64,000 nt of DNA from an uncultured Christensenella sp. (GCA_949294455.1 CASFHD010000002.1:150674-214673); one strand, 5' to 3'; shown: positions 48,511-58,339, counted from the first letter of the stretch. The notes: generated from the letters alone by a model not told the origin. Translations and numbers: made by a program.

Positions 48511-48539
48511 ATTCTATCTAAAAATTTGATTTTTGTCAA
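48511..48539 (-). promoter_or_regulatory. consensus promoter of rpmF (TTGACA-17-TAGAAT, minus strand)
   Basis: Plus-strand TGTCAA 48534-48539 and ATTCTA 48511-48516, 17-nt spacer. Gives a leader of about 115 nt. Confidence 0.65.
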
Positions 48540-48656
48540 TAACTTTTATAAAGTTTTTATAATTTTATCTACAAATTAAATTAAAATAATTGCAAAAAAA
48601 AATTATATGTTGTAATATAAAACAAACGGCTATCGCCTGTAATTTAAGGAGAAAAG

Positions 48657-49859
48657 ATGAAAATTTTAGTTATTAACTCTGGTTCAACTTCATTAAAAGC
48701 ACAATTGGTTGACCCTGAAAAAAGACATGTTTATGCGAATATTACAATTAGAAAGATTGGGTTAAAAGAGCCTTATATTAAATATAAAGCGGAAAACAAA
48801 GATGAAGTTAAAGCTGTAATAGATATTACCGACCACAAGGGCGCTTTAGAAGTCTCTATAAATTATTTATTAGATAAAAAATTTGGTGTTATAAAATCTC
48901 TTGACGAAATTGATGCAATAGGACACAGAATGGTGCATGGGGGTGAAGAATTTACTTCTAGTGTTGAAGTAACAAATGCAGTTTTGAAAAAATTAAAACA
49001 AATTGTAGATATGGCTCCTTTACATAATCCCGCTGCAATTATGGGAATGGAAGCGTCAATGTCACTTATGCCAAACAAGAAAAATGTAGTAGTATTTGAT
49101 ACAGCATTTCATTCAACAATGCCAGAAATTGCGTATTTATATGCTTTGCCACTCAATATGTATGAAGATTATAAAATCAGAAGATATGGTTTCCACGGAA
49201 CAAGCCATAGGTATGTATCGGGCGAACTTGCAAAAATAGTAGGTGGACTAAAAGGTAAAAAAGTTATTTCTTGTCATTTAGGTGGTGGTAGCAGTGTTAC
49301 CGCTATAATGGAAGGAAAAAGCATTGATACATCTATGGGTTATACTCCACTTGCAGGAGTTGTGATGGGCTCACGCTCTGGAGATATTGACCCAGCTATA
49401 ATTGAAGTTATTATGAATAAAACAAAAATGTCTATTGGCGAAACTATTAGCTTTTTAAATAAAGAATGTGGTATTCAAGGCATTTCAAATTTAAGTTCAG
49501 ATATGATGGATATAGAAAAGAATATAACCGACCCTAAATGCAAACTTGCTTTTGATATGATGAATTATTCAATTAAAAAATATATTGGTGCATACGCCTC
49601 TGTTATGAATGGAGTAGATTATATCATATTCACTGGCGGAATAGGCGAAAATGACGAATTAGTGCGACAAGAAATTTTAAAAGGTTTAACTTATTTGGGT
49701 GTAGAATTAGACGAAAAGAAAAATCTAAATTTACCTAGAAACACAATAGAACTAATTACAACTCCAAAATCAAAAGTTAAAGTATATCGAATACCTACTG
49801 ATGAAGAATATCTAATTGCGCTAGATACTATGAATATAGTAAAAAACGCTAATAAATAA
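48657..49859 (+). CDS. ackA: acetate kinase
   Basis: AAGGAG SD. ILVINSGSTSLK, GHRMVHGG, FDTAFH, RRYGFHGTSH, GGIGEN motifs. Confidence 0.95.
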   Translation: MKILVINSGSTSLKAQLVDPEKRHVYANITIRKIGLKEPYIKYKAENKDEVKAVIDITDHKGALEVSINYLLDKKFGVIKSLDEIDAIGHRMVHGGEEFTSSVEVTNAVLKKLKQIVDMAPLHNPAAIMGMEASMSLMPNKKNVVVFDTAFHSTMPEIAYLYALPLNMYEDYKIRRYGFHGTSHRYVSGELAKIVGGLKGKKVISCHLGGGSSVTAIMEGKSIDTSMGYTPLAGVVMGSRSGDIDPAIIEVIMNKTKMSIGETISFLNKECGIQGISNLSSDMMDIEKNITDPKCKLAFDMMNYSIKKYIGAYASVMNGVDYIIFTGGIGENDELVRQEILKGLTYLGVELDEKKNLNLPRNTIELITTPKSKVKVYRIPTDEEYLIALDTMNIVKNANK

Positions 49860-50004
49860 GGTATAAATTTTTAAAAAACCTTTTGTTAATTTGTCTTACT
49901 ATTTCTTATTTAATTAATTTTATGTTTTTTTGATTAATTTTATCTTTACATATTGACAAATGTCTTATATTCATTTATTATAAAGGAATTTAAGGAGAAA
50001 TTTT

Positions 50005-51108
50005 ATGGAAAATAATGGGAATTTAGAACAACAACAGCTTGATAAAATTCTCAATATTCATAATGAAATTGAAGTGCTAATAGCTGATATGTCAAGATTG
50101 CAACAAGAAATTAAAAGGCTTAAAGGTAAGGAAGGAGAGGCTGAAAAATCTCGAGAAACTATTGATTATGAATTTTATGAAAAATTTGAAGGTGTTTGTA
50201 GTAATCTAAGGACGATATGTGATTTTTCTATAACACAAGAAGAAATAGAAGATCTACTTAATTTCAAGCATCCAGTGAAGGGATTATCATGTACTATTAC
50301 TTTAATGGGGAAAAATTACCAACTTATTGTTACTGATCCTTATAAGGAAGTACCACCACAAGTGGGAGATAATGAAGAAGTAAAACCTAGCGACTGGTTA
50401 AAGCATATAAATTTAAAAAGTCTTAAAAACTTTGAAAAAACTCTCAGCTTACCTGTTACAATGCGTAATGAAATATTCAGACAACAAATTTTAGATAATA
50501 ACCAAAAAAGAATTGAAGCTATTAATGCCCTTGCAGATCTTGAAAATGAGTTGGAAGAATTAAGGAATCAGCTAAATAAATGCCCTAAAGATAATTTTAT
50601 TAATCGTATATTACGCCAACCAGGATTACAAGAAAGACATGAACTTTCATGGAGAATAAAAGCACTAGAAGAACAAAGAAATGCTCTGCAACAAAAAATA
50701 AGAGAACTTGGAGAAGAAACTAGCGAATCAGAAATACCTGCCAGAATACAAAATGATATAGAAAAATATGAAGTCCTAAAATCCTTAATTGCTGAATCGG
50801 ATAAATTAAAAGAAGAATATGAGGCAGCAATATCAGGAAATAACGAAATAATCAAAGCTCGTGAAGCTGCAAAAAAACTAGAAGAATTATATTCTTCCGT
50901 AAAAGATATTAAAAAACAATTAAGTTTAAAAGAAGAAGATTATAAAAGATCTTTAAATGAAATTTATAAAACACCTAGAATGTTGGCTGTAATTGAAGCA
51001 AAAATTAAAATAACAGAAGATCCTGATTTAAAAACATATTTAAATGGTTTAAGAGAAGAGATTATTAAATATTGGGTAGACAATATGAATAACACAAAAA
51101 TTATATAG
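50005..51108 (+). CDS. orphan coiled-coil protein, function unknown, probably foreign
   Basis: AAGGAG SD, own TTGACA-type promoter and own terminator. 367 aa dominated by heptad-like E/K/L/Q helices with a non-helical insert (residues ~60-140). 5 GATC sites versus ~0.2 per kb elsewhere. Confidence 0.6.
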   Translation: MENNGNLEQQQLDKILNIHNEIEVLIADMSRLQQEIKRLKGKEGEAEKSRETIDYEFYEKFEGVCSNLRTICDFSITQEEIEDLLNFKHPVKGLSCTITLMGKNYQLIVTDPYKEVPPQVGDNEEVKPSDWLKHINLKSLKNFEKTLSLPVTMRNEIFRQQILDNNQKRIEAINALADLENELEELRNQLNKCPKDNFINRILRQPGLQERHELSWRIKALEEQRNALQQKIRELGEETSESEIPARIQNDIEKYEVLKSLIAESDKLKEEYEAAISGNNEIIKAREAAKKLEELYSSVKDIKKQLSLKEEDYKRSLNEIYKTPRMLAVIEAKIKITEDPDLKTYLNGLREEIIKYWVDNMNNTKII

Positions 51109-51127
51109 ACAACTAATTAATTGATAA

Positions 51128-51181
51128 AATAGAACACATAATATTGGATTCAATCCATTTATAGTTTGTTCTATTTTTTTA
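51128..51181 (+). terminator. intrinsic terminator after the coiled-coil gene
   Basis: 9-bp stem AATAGAACA/TGTTCTATT enclosing a 30-nt loop, followed by T8. Confidence 0.6.
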
Positions 51182-51448
51182 TTTATATTAGTAACTAACT
51201 GTTAAAATAATTATTATCCTACATCTAATTATTGTGTAGATTATAAAATTATTATATTAATTAGGTCATATAGCGTATTTTTTGATGATAATAATTTAAC
51301 ATATCAATATATGTGGCAATAACTATTGTTATAAACATTTTAATTTTTTTATATAACTAACATTTCTATATTTGTTTAATAAATGCTATCTTTTTAATTA
51401 TTTTTTTGTCATTATACTTTATAATATGAAATCAAAACTTTTGATAGG

Positions 51449-53674
51449 TTAAATTGCATATTTTTTACCATTATTTAAAATTTCATTTTCAGCTATTTTC
51501 ATTAAATATGACTTTGGTTTGATAACTTTTTCATCAGTTGTATAGATTTTTGTTTTATCTGAATAAACTTCGATGTAATAACTAATAGTGTCAAATTTAA
51601 ATACGTTTTTATCCGTTACTTTTTGTATATCTTTTTTAGAATTAATTTCTTTTAATAGTTCATAAGAATTTGAAGTCTTTTTGTATATTTTATATTTATA
51701 ATTTCTCTGTGCAATAAAAGATATTGTTGCACCTGTTCTATTAAGGTCAATATCAAAATCGAAATTAATATCATCAACTTTTTGAATATGGGTGGAAGTT
51801 TTAAAAATTTCATTAAAGGTGTATCTAGATGGTAAACTGTCATCAATTCTCAATATATTATTGTCCTCGTATTCTATTAAACTTAGCGTTTTATTTTCTA
51901 TGCTATCAGGTTTTTTTATAGGCTCAGACTTATCTAATTTTGAAAAAATAGATTTAGATAAATTTGTTGCGTGATATCCGCTTGTAATGTCTATTAATCC
52001 TTTATTATTAGGCTCTCCAATCCAAGAAAAAACCAAATAATCTTTAGATAGTGCGACATTATAAACATCATTAATGTTGCTACAAACTTTGTTTGTACCT
52101 GTTTTTGAATAAAGTGTTTTATTTAATGAATTAAGTCTTTTTGCAGTGCCTGTTTCGGCTGTTGTTTTCATCATATCCAAAGTTAAATAACTAGTATCCT
52201 CAGAAAATACTCTTGTTTGTAATTTATCAGTATCATCAGTATATACAACATTTGAATTCTTATCTAATATCTTTGCAATAGAAGTGGCAGGCTTATATAT
52301 TCCTAAATTCTGTAAAGTTAAATAGCCACCAATAATGCTAATCGGACTGATTGGCTTAGCGGTTGCTCCTAAGGCGGCGGACAGGGTTACATCATTTCCT
52401 ATATCAATATTCATCTGCTTTAAATACTGATTTGCTTTATCACAACCAAGATAGGTTAAAATTTTACAGGCGACAACATTATTAGAAGTTGAAAATGCTT
52501 CTCTAACGCTTATATTTCCGTGATAGATTCCATCAGCATTATTTGGGATATAGCCATCAAAATCAGTTTTATTATCTTCTATTTTTGTTGCAACAGTTAT
52601 TAAATCGTTTTCTATTGCTGGGGCATATACCAAAAGTGGTTTTAAAATTGATGCAGGTTGCCTTTTTAAATTTATTAAATCGTAATCAGAACACCCTAAA
52701 TATCCTAATATTTTTCCATTATTTGAAGTTACAATAATTAGTTTATCGCCATCGTAATCAGCAGATTTCAATGTATTTATAATATTTTGTTGTATTTCTG
52801 GTCGTAAATAAGTATAAACTTTATAGTTTCCGCGCAAAAACTCTTTTTCTGTCAAGTTTAAGATTTTTCTTGCCTCATAAAGCGCTTGTTGATAATAAGA
52901 ATTTGCAAAATTAATTGAAAAATCTTTTGACAAACTTAAATCTTCATTTTTTGCTGAATCATATTCGTCTTTTGTTATATAATTTTGTTCATACATTTGG
53001 TTTAAAACTAAATTTCTTCTTTTTAGTGCTTCGTCTGGGTGAAGTTTAGGTGATAGGGCAGTTGGAGATTTTATAATACCTGCTAAGAGTGCACTTTCTG
53101 CTATTGATAAATTACTTGCCGGTTTATCAAAATATACATTAGACGCACTTTCTAATCCATAAGCATTTGAACCAAAGTAAATACTATTTAAGTACATAGA
53201 TAAAATCTGTTCTTTTGTGAATGCTTTTTCAACTTTTCTTGCAAGAATAATTTCTTTAATCTTTCTTGAATAAGTCTTATCAGGGGTTAGAAGTGTATTT
53301 TTTACTAGTTGCTGTGTTATAGTAGAAGCACCTTGTGCTTTATCTCTTTGTTTTAAATTGACTAATACTGATTTTAATATTCTTTTAAAATCCGTACCAT
53401 TATGTTCAAAAAAACGCTTGTCTTCAATAGATACAAAGGCGTTACAAACATAATCAGGTAAAGTGTTTATATCCACAACTTTTTGAGAGAAATTGTAATA
53501 ACTATCTAACGTTTTAGAATTTTCATCATATATTTCAACGCCTGTACTCATAGAGGTAAGTTTTTCTTTATCAAGTTTTGTAGTTGAATACATTGTAATG
53601 ATGCCTAAACTAGCACCAATGATTAAAACAAATATAGATATTATTACAATTAGGATTATTTTTTTTGCTTTCAT
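51449..53674 (-). CDS. class A penicillin-binding protein (glycosyltransferase + transpeptidase), PBP1A-like
   Basis: N-terminal TM. GT51 motifs SIEDKRFFEHNG, GASTITQQLVKN, RKIKE. TPase motifs SILK (SxxK), SNN, KTGT. Long C-terminal extension. Confidence 0.9.
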   Translation of the reverse strand: MKAKKIILIVIISIFVLIIGASLGIITMYSTTKLDKEKLTSMSTGVEIYDENSKTLDSYYNFSQKVVDINTLPDYVCNAFVSIEDKRFFEHNGTDFKRILKSVLVNLKQRDKAQGASTITQQLVKNTLLTPDKTYSRKIKEIILARKVEKAFTKEQILSMYLNSIYFGSNAYGLESASNVYFDKPASNLSIAESALLAGIIKSPTALSPKLHPDEALKRRNLVLNQMYEQNYITKDEYDSAKNEDLSLSKDFSINFANSYYQQALYEARKILNLTEKEFLRGNYKVYTYLRPEIQQNIINTLKSADYDGDKLIIVTSNNGKILGYLGCSDYDLINLKRQPASILKPLLVYAPAIENDLITVATKIEDNKTDFDGYIPNNADGIYHGNISVREAFSTSNNVVACKILTYLGCDKANQYLKQMNIDIGNDVTLSAALGATAKPISPISIIGGYLTLQNLGIYKPATSIAKILDKNSNVVYTDDTDKLQTRVFSEDTSYLTLDMMKTTAETGTAKRLNSLNKTLYSKTGTNKVCSNINDVYNVALSKDYLVFSWIGEPNNKGLIDITSGYHATNLSKSIFSKLDKSEPIKKPDSIENKTLSLIEYEDNNILRIDDSLPSRYTFNEIFKTSTHIQKVDDINFDFDIDLNRTGATISFIAQRNYKYKIYKKTSNSYELLKEINSKKDIQKVTDKNVFKFDTISYYIEVYSDKTKIYTTDEKVIKPKSYLMKIAENEILNNGKKYAI

Positions 53675-53719
53675 CTTAAATAGTATGTGTCTAAAATTGT
53701 TTTAATATGAAAAAAATGC

Positions 53720-53748
53720 TTGAAAGTTTTAGTTAAATAATATAAAAT
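53720..53748 (+). promoter_or_regulatory. promoter placing the TSS at the miaB ATG (TTGAAA-17-TAAAAT-6-ATG)
   Basis: TTGAAA 53720-53725, 17-nt spacer, TAAAAT 53743-53748, then 6 nt (ATCCTT) to ATG 53755. No SD. Confidence 0.5.
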
Positions 53749-53754
53749 ATCCTT

Positions 53755-55095
53755 ATGGTTAATTTTGTAAATAAAAAATATCAAGTAATAACTTATGGTT
53801 GTCAAATGAATGTTCACGATAGTGAAAAGATTTCTGGCATTTTAGAAACTATGGGTATGTCGAAAACAGATGATTTAAAATTATGTGATGTAATAGTGTT
53901 TAATACCTGCTGTATTCGAGAAGGAGCGGAAGATAGAGCGTATAATAACATTATGGCATTAAGAGAGTTAAAAAAGGAAAAGCCAGACCTTATAATTGTA
54001 GTTTGTGGTTGTATGCCTCAACAAAAAGAAGGAAAATATGATTTTAAGAAAAAGTTGCCTTTTGTAGATATTGTTATAGGCACATATAACATAGGTATGT
54101 TAAAAAGCTATCTAACAAAATTTGATATTGAACATAGAAAAATATATGAGGTCTTTGATAAACCTATATCAAATGTTGAAGTATTAAAAACTGTTAGAGA
54201 TGATGATAAAAATGCTTATGTAAATATCATTTATGGTTGTAATAAATTTTGTACATATTGTATTGTACCTTATGTTAGAGGAAGAGAGCGCAGTAGAGAC
54301 CTAGACGAAATTGTGCAAGAGGTAAAATGCTTAGTAGATAAGGGTTATAAATATATTACACTTTTAGGTCAGAATGTAAACTCTTATGGTAAAGATTTAC
54401 AACCTAAAACTAGTTTTGCTAGTTTATTAAACACTTTGTGTAAAATAGAGGGCGATTTTAAAATAAAGTTTATGACTTCTCACCCAATAGACTTTAATAA
54501 AGAGATTATAAAAGTTATGGCAAAGCAACCAAAAATTGCAAAATCATTACACTTGCCTGTGCAGTCAGGTAGCAATACTATCTTGAAGGCTATGAATAGA
54601 AGATATACAGTAGGGCACTATTTAAAACTTATTAATTTTGCTAAAAAGAAGATTAAAAACATATCACTATCAACAGATATTATAGTAGGCTTTCCAGGTG
54701 AAACAGATAAAGATTTTCAAGACACTTTAAAACTTATCAAAAAGGTAAAATACGACCAAGTGTTTGCTTTTATGTACTCAAAGCGTACAGGAACACCTGC
54801 CGCTGAATTCGAAAATCAAATTGAAGAAAAAGTTAAGAAAAAGAGATTAAATACCTTACTTAGAACTCAAAAGTTTATTCAAACTGATAATATAACAAAA
54901 TGCTTTGGAAAGGTCTATAATGCACTAATACGCACAGACTCAGGAGTAACAGTTGGATTTACTGACGGCGGAAGAGAAGTTTATCTTCCAAGTGATAATG
55001 TGACAGATGAAATTGAAAATACTTTCCAAAATATTCGCGTTGAAACTATTAGAAATCATAAATTATCAGGAAGTATTATAAAAGGGAAAAAATGA
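53755..55095 (+). CDS. miaB: tRNA-2-methylthio-N6-dimethylallyladenosine synthase MiaB
   Basis: UPF0004 domain TYGCQMNVHDSE, NTCCIREGAE. Radical SAM CNKFCTYC. TRAM domain. miaB-mutS synteny. Confidence 0.9.
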   Translation: MVNFVNKKYQVITYGCQMNVHDSEKISGILETMGMSKTDDLKLCDVIVFNTCCIREGAEDRAYNNIMALRELKKEKPDLIIVVCGCMPQQKEGKYDFKKKLPFVDIVIGTYNIGMLKSYLTKFDIEHRKIYEVFDKPISNVEVLKTVRDDDKNAYVNIIYGCNKFCTYCIVPYVRGRERSRDLDEIVQEVKCLVDKGYKYITLLGQNVNSYGKDLQPKTSFASLLNTLCKIEGDFKIKFMTSHPIDFNKEIIKVMAKQPKIAKSLHLPVQSGSNTILKAMNRRYTVGHYLKLINFAKKKIKNISLSTDIIVGFPGETDKDFQDTLKLIKKVKYDQVFAFMYSKRTGTPAAEFENQIEEKVKKKRLNTLLRTQKFIQTDNITKCFGKVYNALIRTDSGVTVGFTDGGREVYLPSDNVTDEIENTFQNIRVETIRNHKLSGSIIKGKK

Positions 55096-57530
55096 AAACT
55101 AAAGAAAAAAAATTAAGTCCTATGATGGAAATTTATAAAAAAACCAAACAAAATTATAAAGATTGCATTTTGTTCTATAGATTAGGCGATTTTTATGAAA
55201 TGTTTGATGAAGATGCTATAATTGCTTCAAAAGAGTTGGGACTAACTCTTACAGGGAAAAATTGTGGACTTGAAGAAAGGGCACCTATGTGTGGTGTCCC
55301 TTATCACGCTTATGAGCAGTATGCAGCAAAACTTGTTAGTTTGGGTTATAAAATAGCAATTTGTGAACAAATCACTGAGCCACAAAAAGGTAAACTTGTA
55401 GATCGCGAAGTGGTAAGAATTATAACCGCTGGAACTTTAATGGATAGTTCAATGTTAACTAGTACATTAAATAACTACATAATGAGTATTTATAAGTCAA
55501 AAGATACAATATCTTATGCGTGTTGCGATATTTCTACAGGCGAATTTATGACGGGATATTCAAAAGAATTTGAATTCAATTACATTAATGATGAGATAAT
55601 GCGACTGACACCTTCAGAAATTATTTGCAATGACGCATTCTTTAAATCAATTGATGAGTTGACAATAAGCAAACATTCAGATTGCCCTAATATTCAACAA
55701 TACTATGAGTGGTCTTTTAATTTAGATAGTGCAAAAAGGTCAGTATTAAGACAGTACAATATAACAACTTTTAAAGGATACGATTTTGACATTGATGAAT
55801 GTGTAATAGCAATAGGCGCTCTTTTAGATTATATTAAAGAAACTCAAAAAAGAGATATTAAACATCTAAAAATGCCATCATTAGTTAAAAACAATTCATA
55901 TATGTACATAGACTCAAATACTAGACGAAACCTTGAAATTGAAAGTACAATGCGTGATAATAAAAAATCTGGAAGTCTTCTAGGCGTATTAGATAAAACA
56001 GTAACCTCAGGTGGTGCTAGAAGGTTAAGACAAGTTGTAAACTCACCTATGCAAGATAAAACTCTAATCGAAAAAAGACTAGATATGGTAGAGTTTTTAA
56101 CAAAATCTGATAGTTTTAGAGTTGGTCTAAATAACGAACTTAAAAACATTCAAGATATTGAAAGAATAGTAGGCAAAATTTCATTTGGGAATATTAATCC
56201 TAGAGAAACCTTAAGTTTAATGGACAGTTTGAATAAGATACCTAAATTAAAGCAAATAATATTAAGTACAAAAGATAGTAATTTTATAAAACTTGCAAAT
56301 AGTTTAATGGAACTTCCTGAACTTGTAAACACTATATTTACAACTATTAGGTCAGATAAAGATGATGGTTTAGGGGAATTAAATTATCAAATTAAAGAGG
56401 GCGGTTATATAAAATCTAAGGTTAATGGTGAGTTAGACCATTACCGAAGTATGAAGTTCTCGGCAGTTGATTATTTGAATGAGTTTCAAGAAAAACAACG
56501 CAATTTGACAGGAATTAAAACATTAAAAGTCGCTTATAATAAAGTTTTTGGCTATTATATAGAAGTTCCTAAACAATATGCAAATATGGTGCCATTAAAT
56601 TATGAAAGAAAACAGACTATTTCAAATAATGATAGATATACAACTGATGAATTAAAACAATTAGAACACGAAATTTTAACTAGTAGTGAAAGCAGTATAA
56701 AACTAGAAATTGAAATTTTTGAGAATTTAAGAAGTTATATGATGCAATTTACTAAACCTTTGCAATCAATTGCTCTGATAATTTCTAATCTTGATGTAAT
56801 ATTATCTTTTGCATCAGTTGCGGTCGAAATGAACTACACTCGTCCTATTATTACAACAGATGGGAAAATAACTATAAAAGATGGCAGACACCCGGTATTA
56901 GAAAAAATGCTTGATGATGAGTTTATTCCAAATGATTCACATTTTGATGATGGCGATATAATGCTTTTAACAGGACCTAATATGGCAGGAAAATCTACAT
57001 ATATGCGACAAGTGGCACTCATAACATATATGGCTCATTTGGGTTGTTTTGTCCCTGCAAAAGAGGCAAGTATTTCTTTAACAGACAGAATTTTTACTCG
57101 TATCGGGGCAAGTGATGATTTACTAGCAAGTCAAAGTACTTTTATGGTAGAAATGGTAGAAGTTTCAAATATACTTAGATTTGCAACTAAAAATAGTCTT
57201 ATTATTTTAGATGAAGTGGGTAGGGGAACTTCTACTTATGATGGACTATCTATAGCAGAAAGCGTTATAGAATACTTAGATAGCAAAATAAAAGCAAAAA
57301 CTTTGTTTGCTACACATTATTTAGAACTTACAAATTTAGAGGGAAAACTAGATTCTGTAAAAAATTATTGTATTTCTATTGATGAACACAATGGTAAATT
57401 AGTTTTTTTGCGTAAGATAAAAAGGGGTAGTGCTACCAAAAGTTACGGCATAGAAGTGGCTTCTTTGGCTGGCCTTCCTAACGAGGTTATAGAAAGAGCT
57501 AAACAACATTTAAAAGATTTAGAGGGTTAA
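55092..57530 (+). CDS. mutS: DNA mismatch repair protein MutS
   Basis: TPMMEIY...FYRLGDFYEMF mismatch-binding motif, Walker A GPNMAGKSTYMRQ, DEVGRGTSTYDG. Overlaps miaB by 4 nt. Confidence 0.95.
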   Translation: MKTKEKKLSPMMEIYKKTKQNYKDCILFYRLGDFYEMFDEDAIIASKELGLTLTGKNCGLEERAPMCGVPYHAYEQYAAKLVSLGYKIAICEQITEPQKGKLVDREVVRIITAGTLMDSSMLTSTLNNYIMSIYKSKDTISYACCDISTGEFMTGYSKEFEFNYINDEIMRLTPSEIICNDAFFKSIDELTISKHSDCPNIQQYYEWSFNLDSAKRSVLRQYNITTFKGYDFDIDECVIAIGALLDYIKETQKRDIKHLKMPSLVKNNSYMYIDSNTRRNLEIESTMRDNKKSGSLLGVLDKTVTSGGARRLRQVVNSPMQDKTLIEKRLDMVEFLTKSDSFRVGLNNELKNIQDIERIVGKISFGNINPRETLSLMDSLNKIPKLKQIILSTKDSNFIKLANSLMELPELVNTIFTTIRSDKDDGLGELNYQIKEGGYIKSKVNGELDHYRSMKFSAVDYLNEFQEKQRNLTGIKTLKVAYNKVFGYYIEVPKQYANMVPLNYERKQTISNNDRYTTDELKQLEHEILTSSESSIKLEIEIFENLRSYMMQFTKPLQSIALIISNLDVILSFASVAVEMNYTRPIITTDGKITIKDGRHPVLEKMLDDEFIPNDSHFDDGDIMLLTGPNMAGKSTYMRQVALITYMAHLGCFVPAKEASISLTDRIFTRIGASDDLLASQSTFMVEMVEVSNILRFATKNSLIILDEVGRGTSTYDGLSIAESVIEYLDSKIKAKTLFATHYLELTNLEGKLDSVKNYCISIDEHNGKLVFLRKIKRGSATKSYGIEVASLAGLPNEVIERAKQHLKDLEG

Positions 57531-58336
57531 TGGGATTTTTTCAAGGATTATTATTACAACTCTTTTCAAGTTTGGGTGTCTTGATACTGATAGGTGTTCT
57601 TTTGTATATGTTGAATATACTTATACTTAGTACTGCCAAAAAAGGCTTTGGATTCTACAGATTGACAGGTTTAATTGGAACACCTATTCACGAATTTGGA
57701 CATCTAATTTTTTGCTATCCGTTTGGCATAAAAGTTGAAAGTGTTAAATTTTATAATACTGACAAAGATGCTCAAATTTTAGGATATGTAAATTTTAGTT
57801 ATAACAAAAAAAATATATTTCAACAATTAGGATTATTCTTTGTTGCGATAGGTCCTATTTTAGTCGGCAGTCTTGTAATTATTTTGTTGCTTAGGTTATG
57901 TTTAAAAGATGCTTTTTTTGAAATTTTTCAAAACATTTCAAGATTTAACTCAAATAATATTACTATTAATGCAATTTTGCAGAGTTTTTTAGATAATTTA
58001 AAAATTTTAATTTTAAATATTTTCACTTTTAAAAATTTAACTGATTTTAAGTGGTGGATTTTCATAATTATAGGGATTTGTATTTCTATGCACATGAATT
58101 TAAGTCCGCAAGATTTAAAAAGTGGGGCAAAAGGATTTTTATTATTTATAGCAATTTTTTCACTAATTAGTTTAATTATATTTGTAGTTTCAAATTCAGC
58201 ATTTACTAGTTTTACTTTGACATTACTTTCTTTTTCATCTATTATTCTTGCGCTTGGGTCTATTTCAATAATGATTTTAGTAATTGATTTAATATTAGTT
58301 GCCATTATATCTTTAATATCTTCAGTCGAAAATTAA
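57530..58336 (+). CDS. minimal site-2-protease-like (M50-like) intramembrane zinc metalloprotease candidate
   Basis: ATG overlaps the mutS stop (TAATG). 6-7 TM helices. HEFGHLIFCYPFGIKVE resembles the S2P HExxH block. A later TM carries HMNLSPQDLKSG, resembling NxxPxxxLDG. Confidence 0.55.
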   Translation: MGFFQGLLLQLFSSLGVLILIGVLLYMLNILILSTAKKGFGFYRLTGLIGTPIHEFGHLIFCYPFGIKVESVKFYNTDKDAQILGYVNFSYNKKNIFQQLGLFFVAIGPILVGSLVIILLLRLCLKDAFFEIFQNISRFNSNNITINAILQSFLDNLKILILNIFTFKNLTDFKWWIFIIIGICISMHMNLSPQDLKSGAKGFLLFIAIFSLISLIIFVVSNSAFTSFTLTLLSFSSIILALGSISIMILVIDLILVAIISLISSVEN

Positions 58337-58339
58337 GAA

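Noticed and set aside
48590-48656. CcpA cre site in the ackA promoter/leader (ACAAACGGCTATCGCCTGT)
   Set aside because: It does not fit the TGWAANCGNTNWCA consensus. Only a 3-bp GGC/GCC inverted repeat is present.
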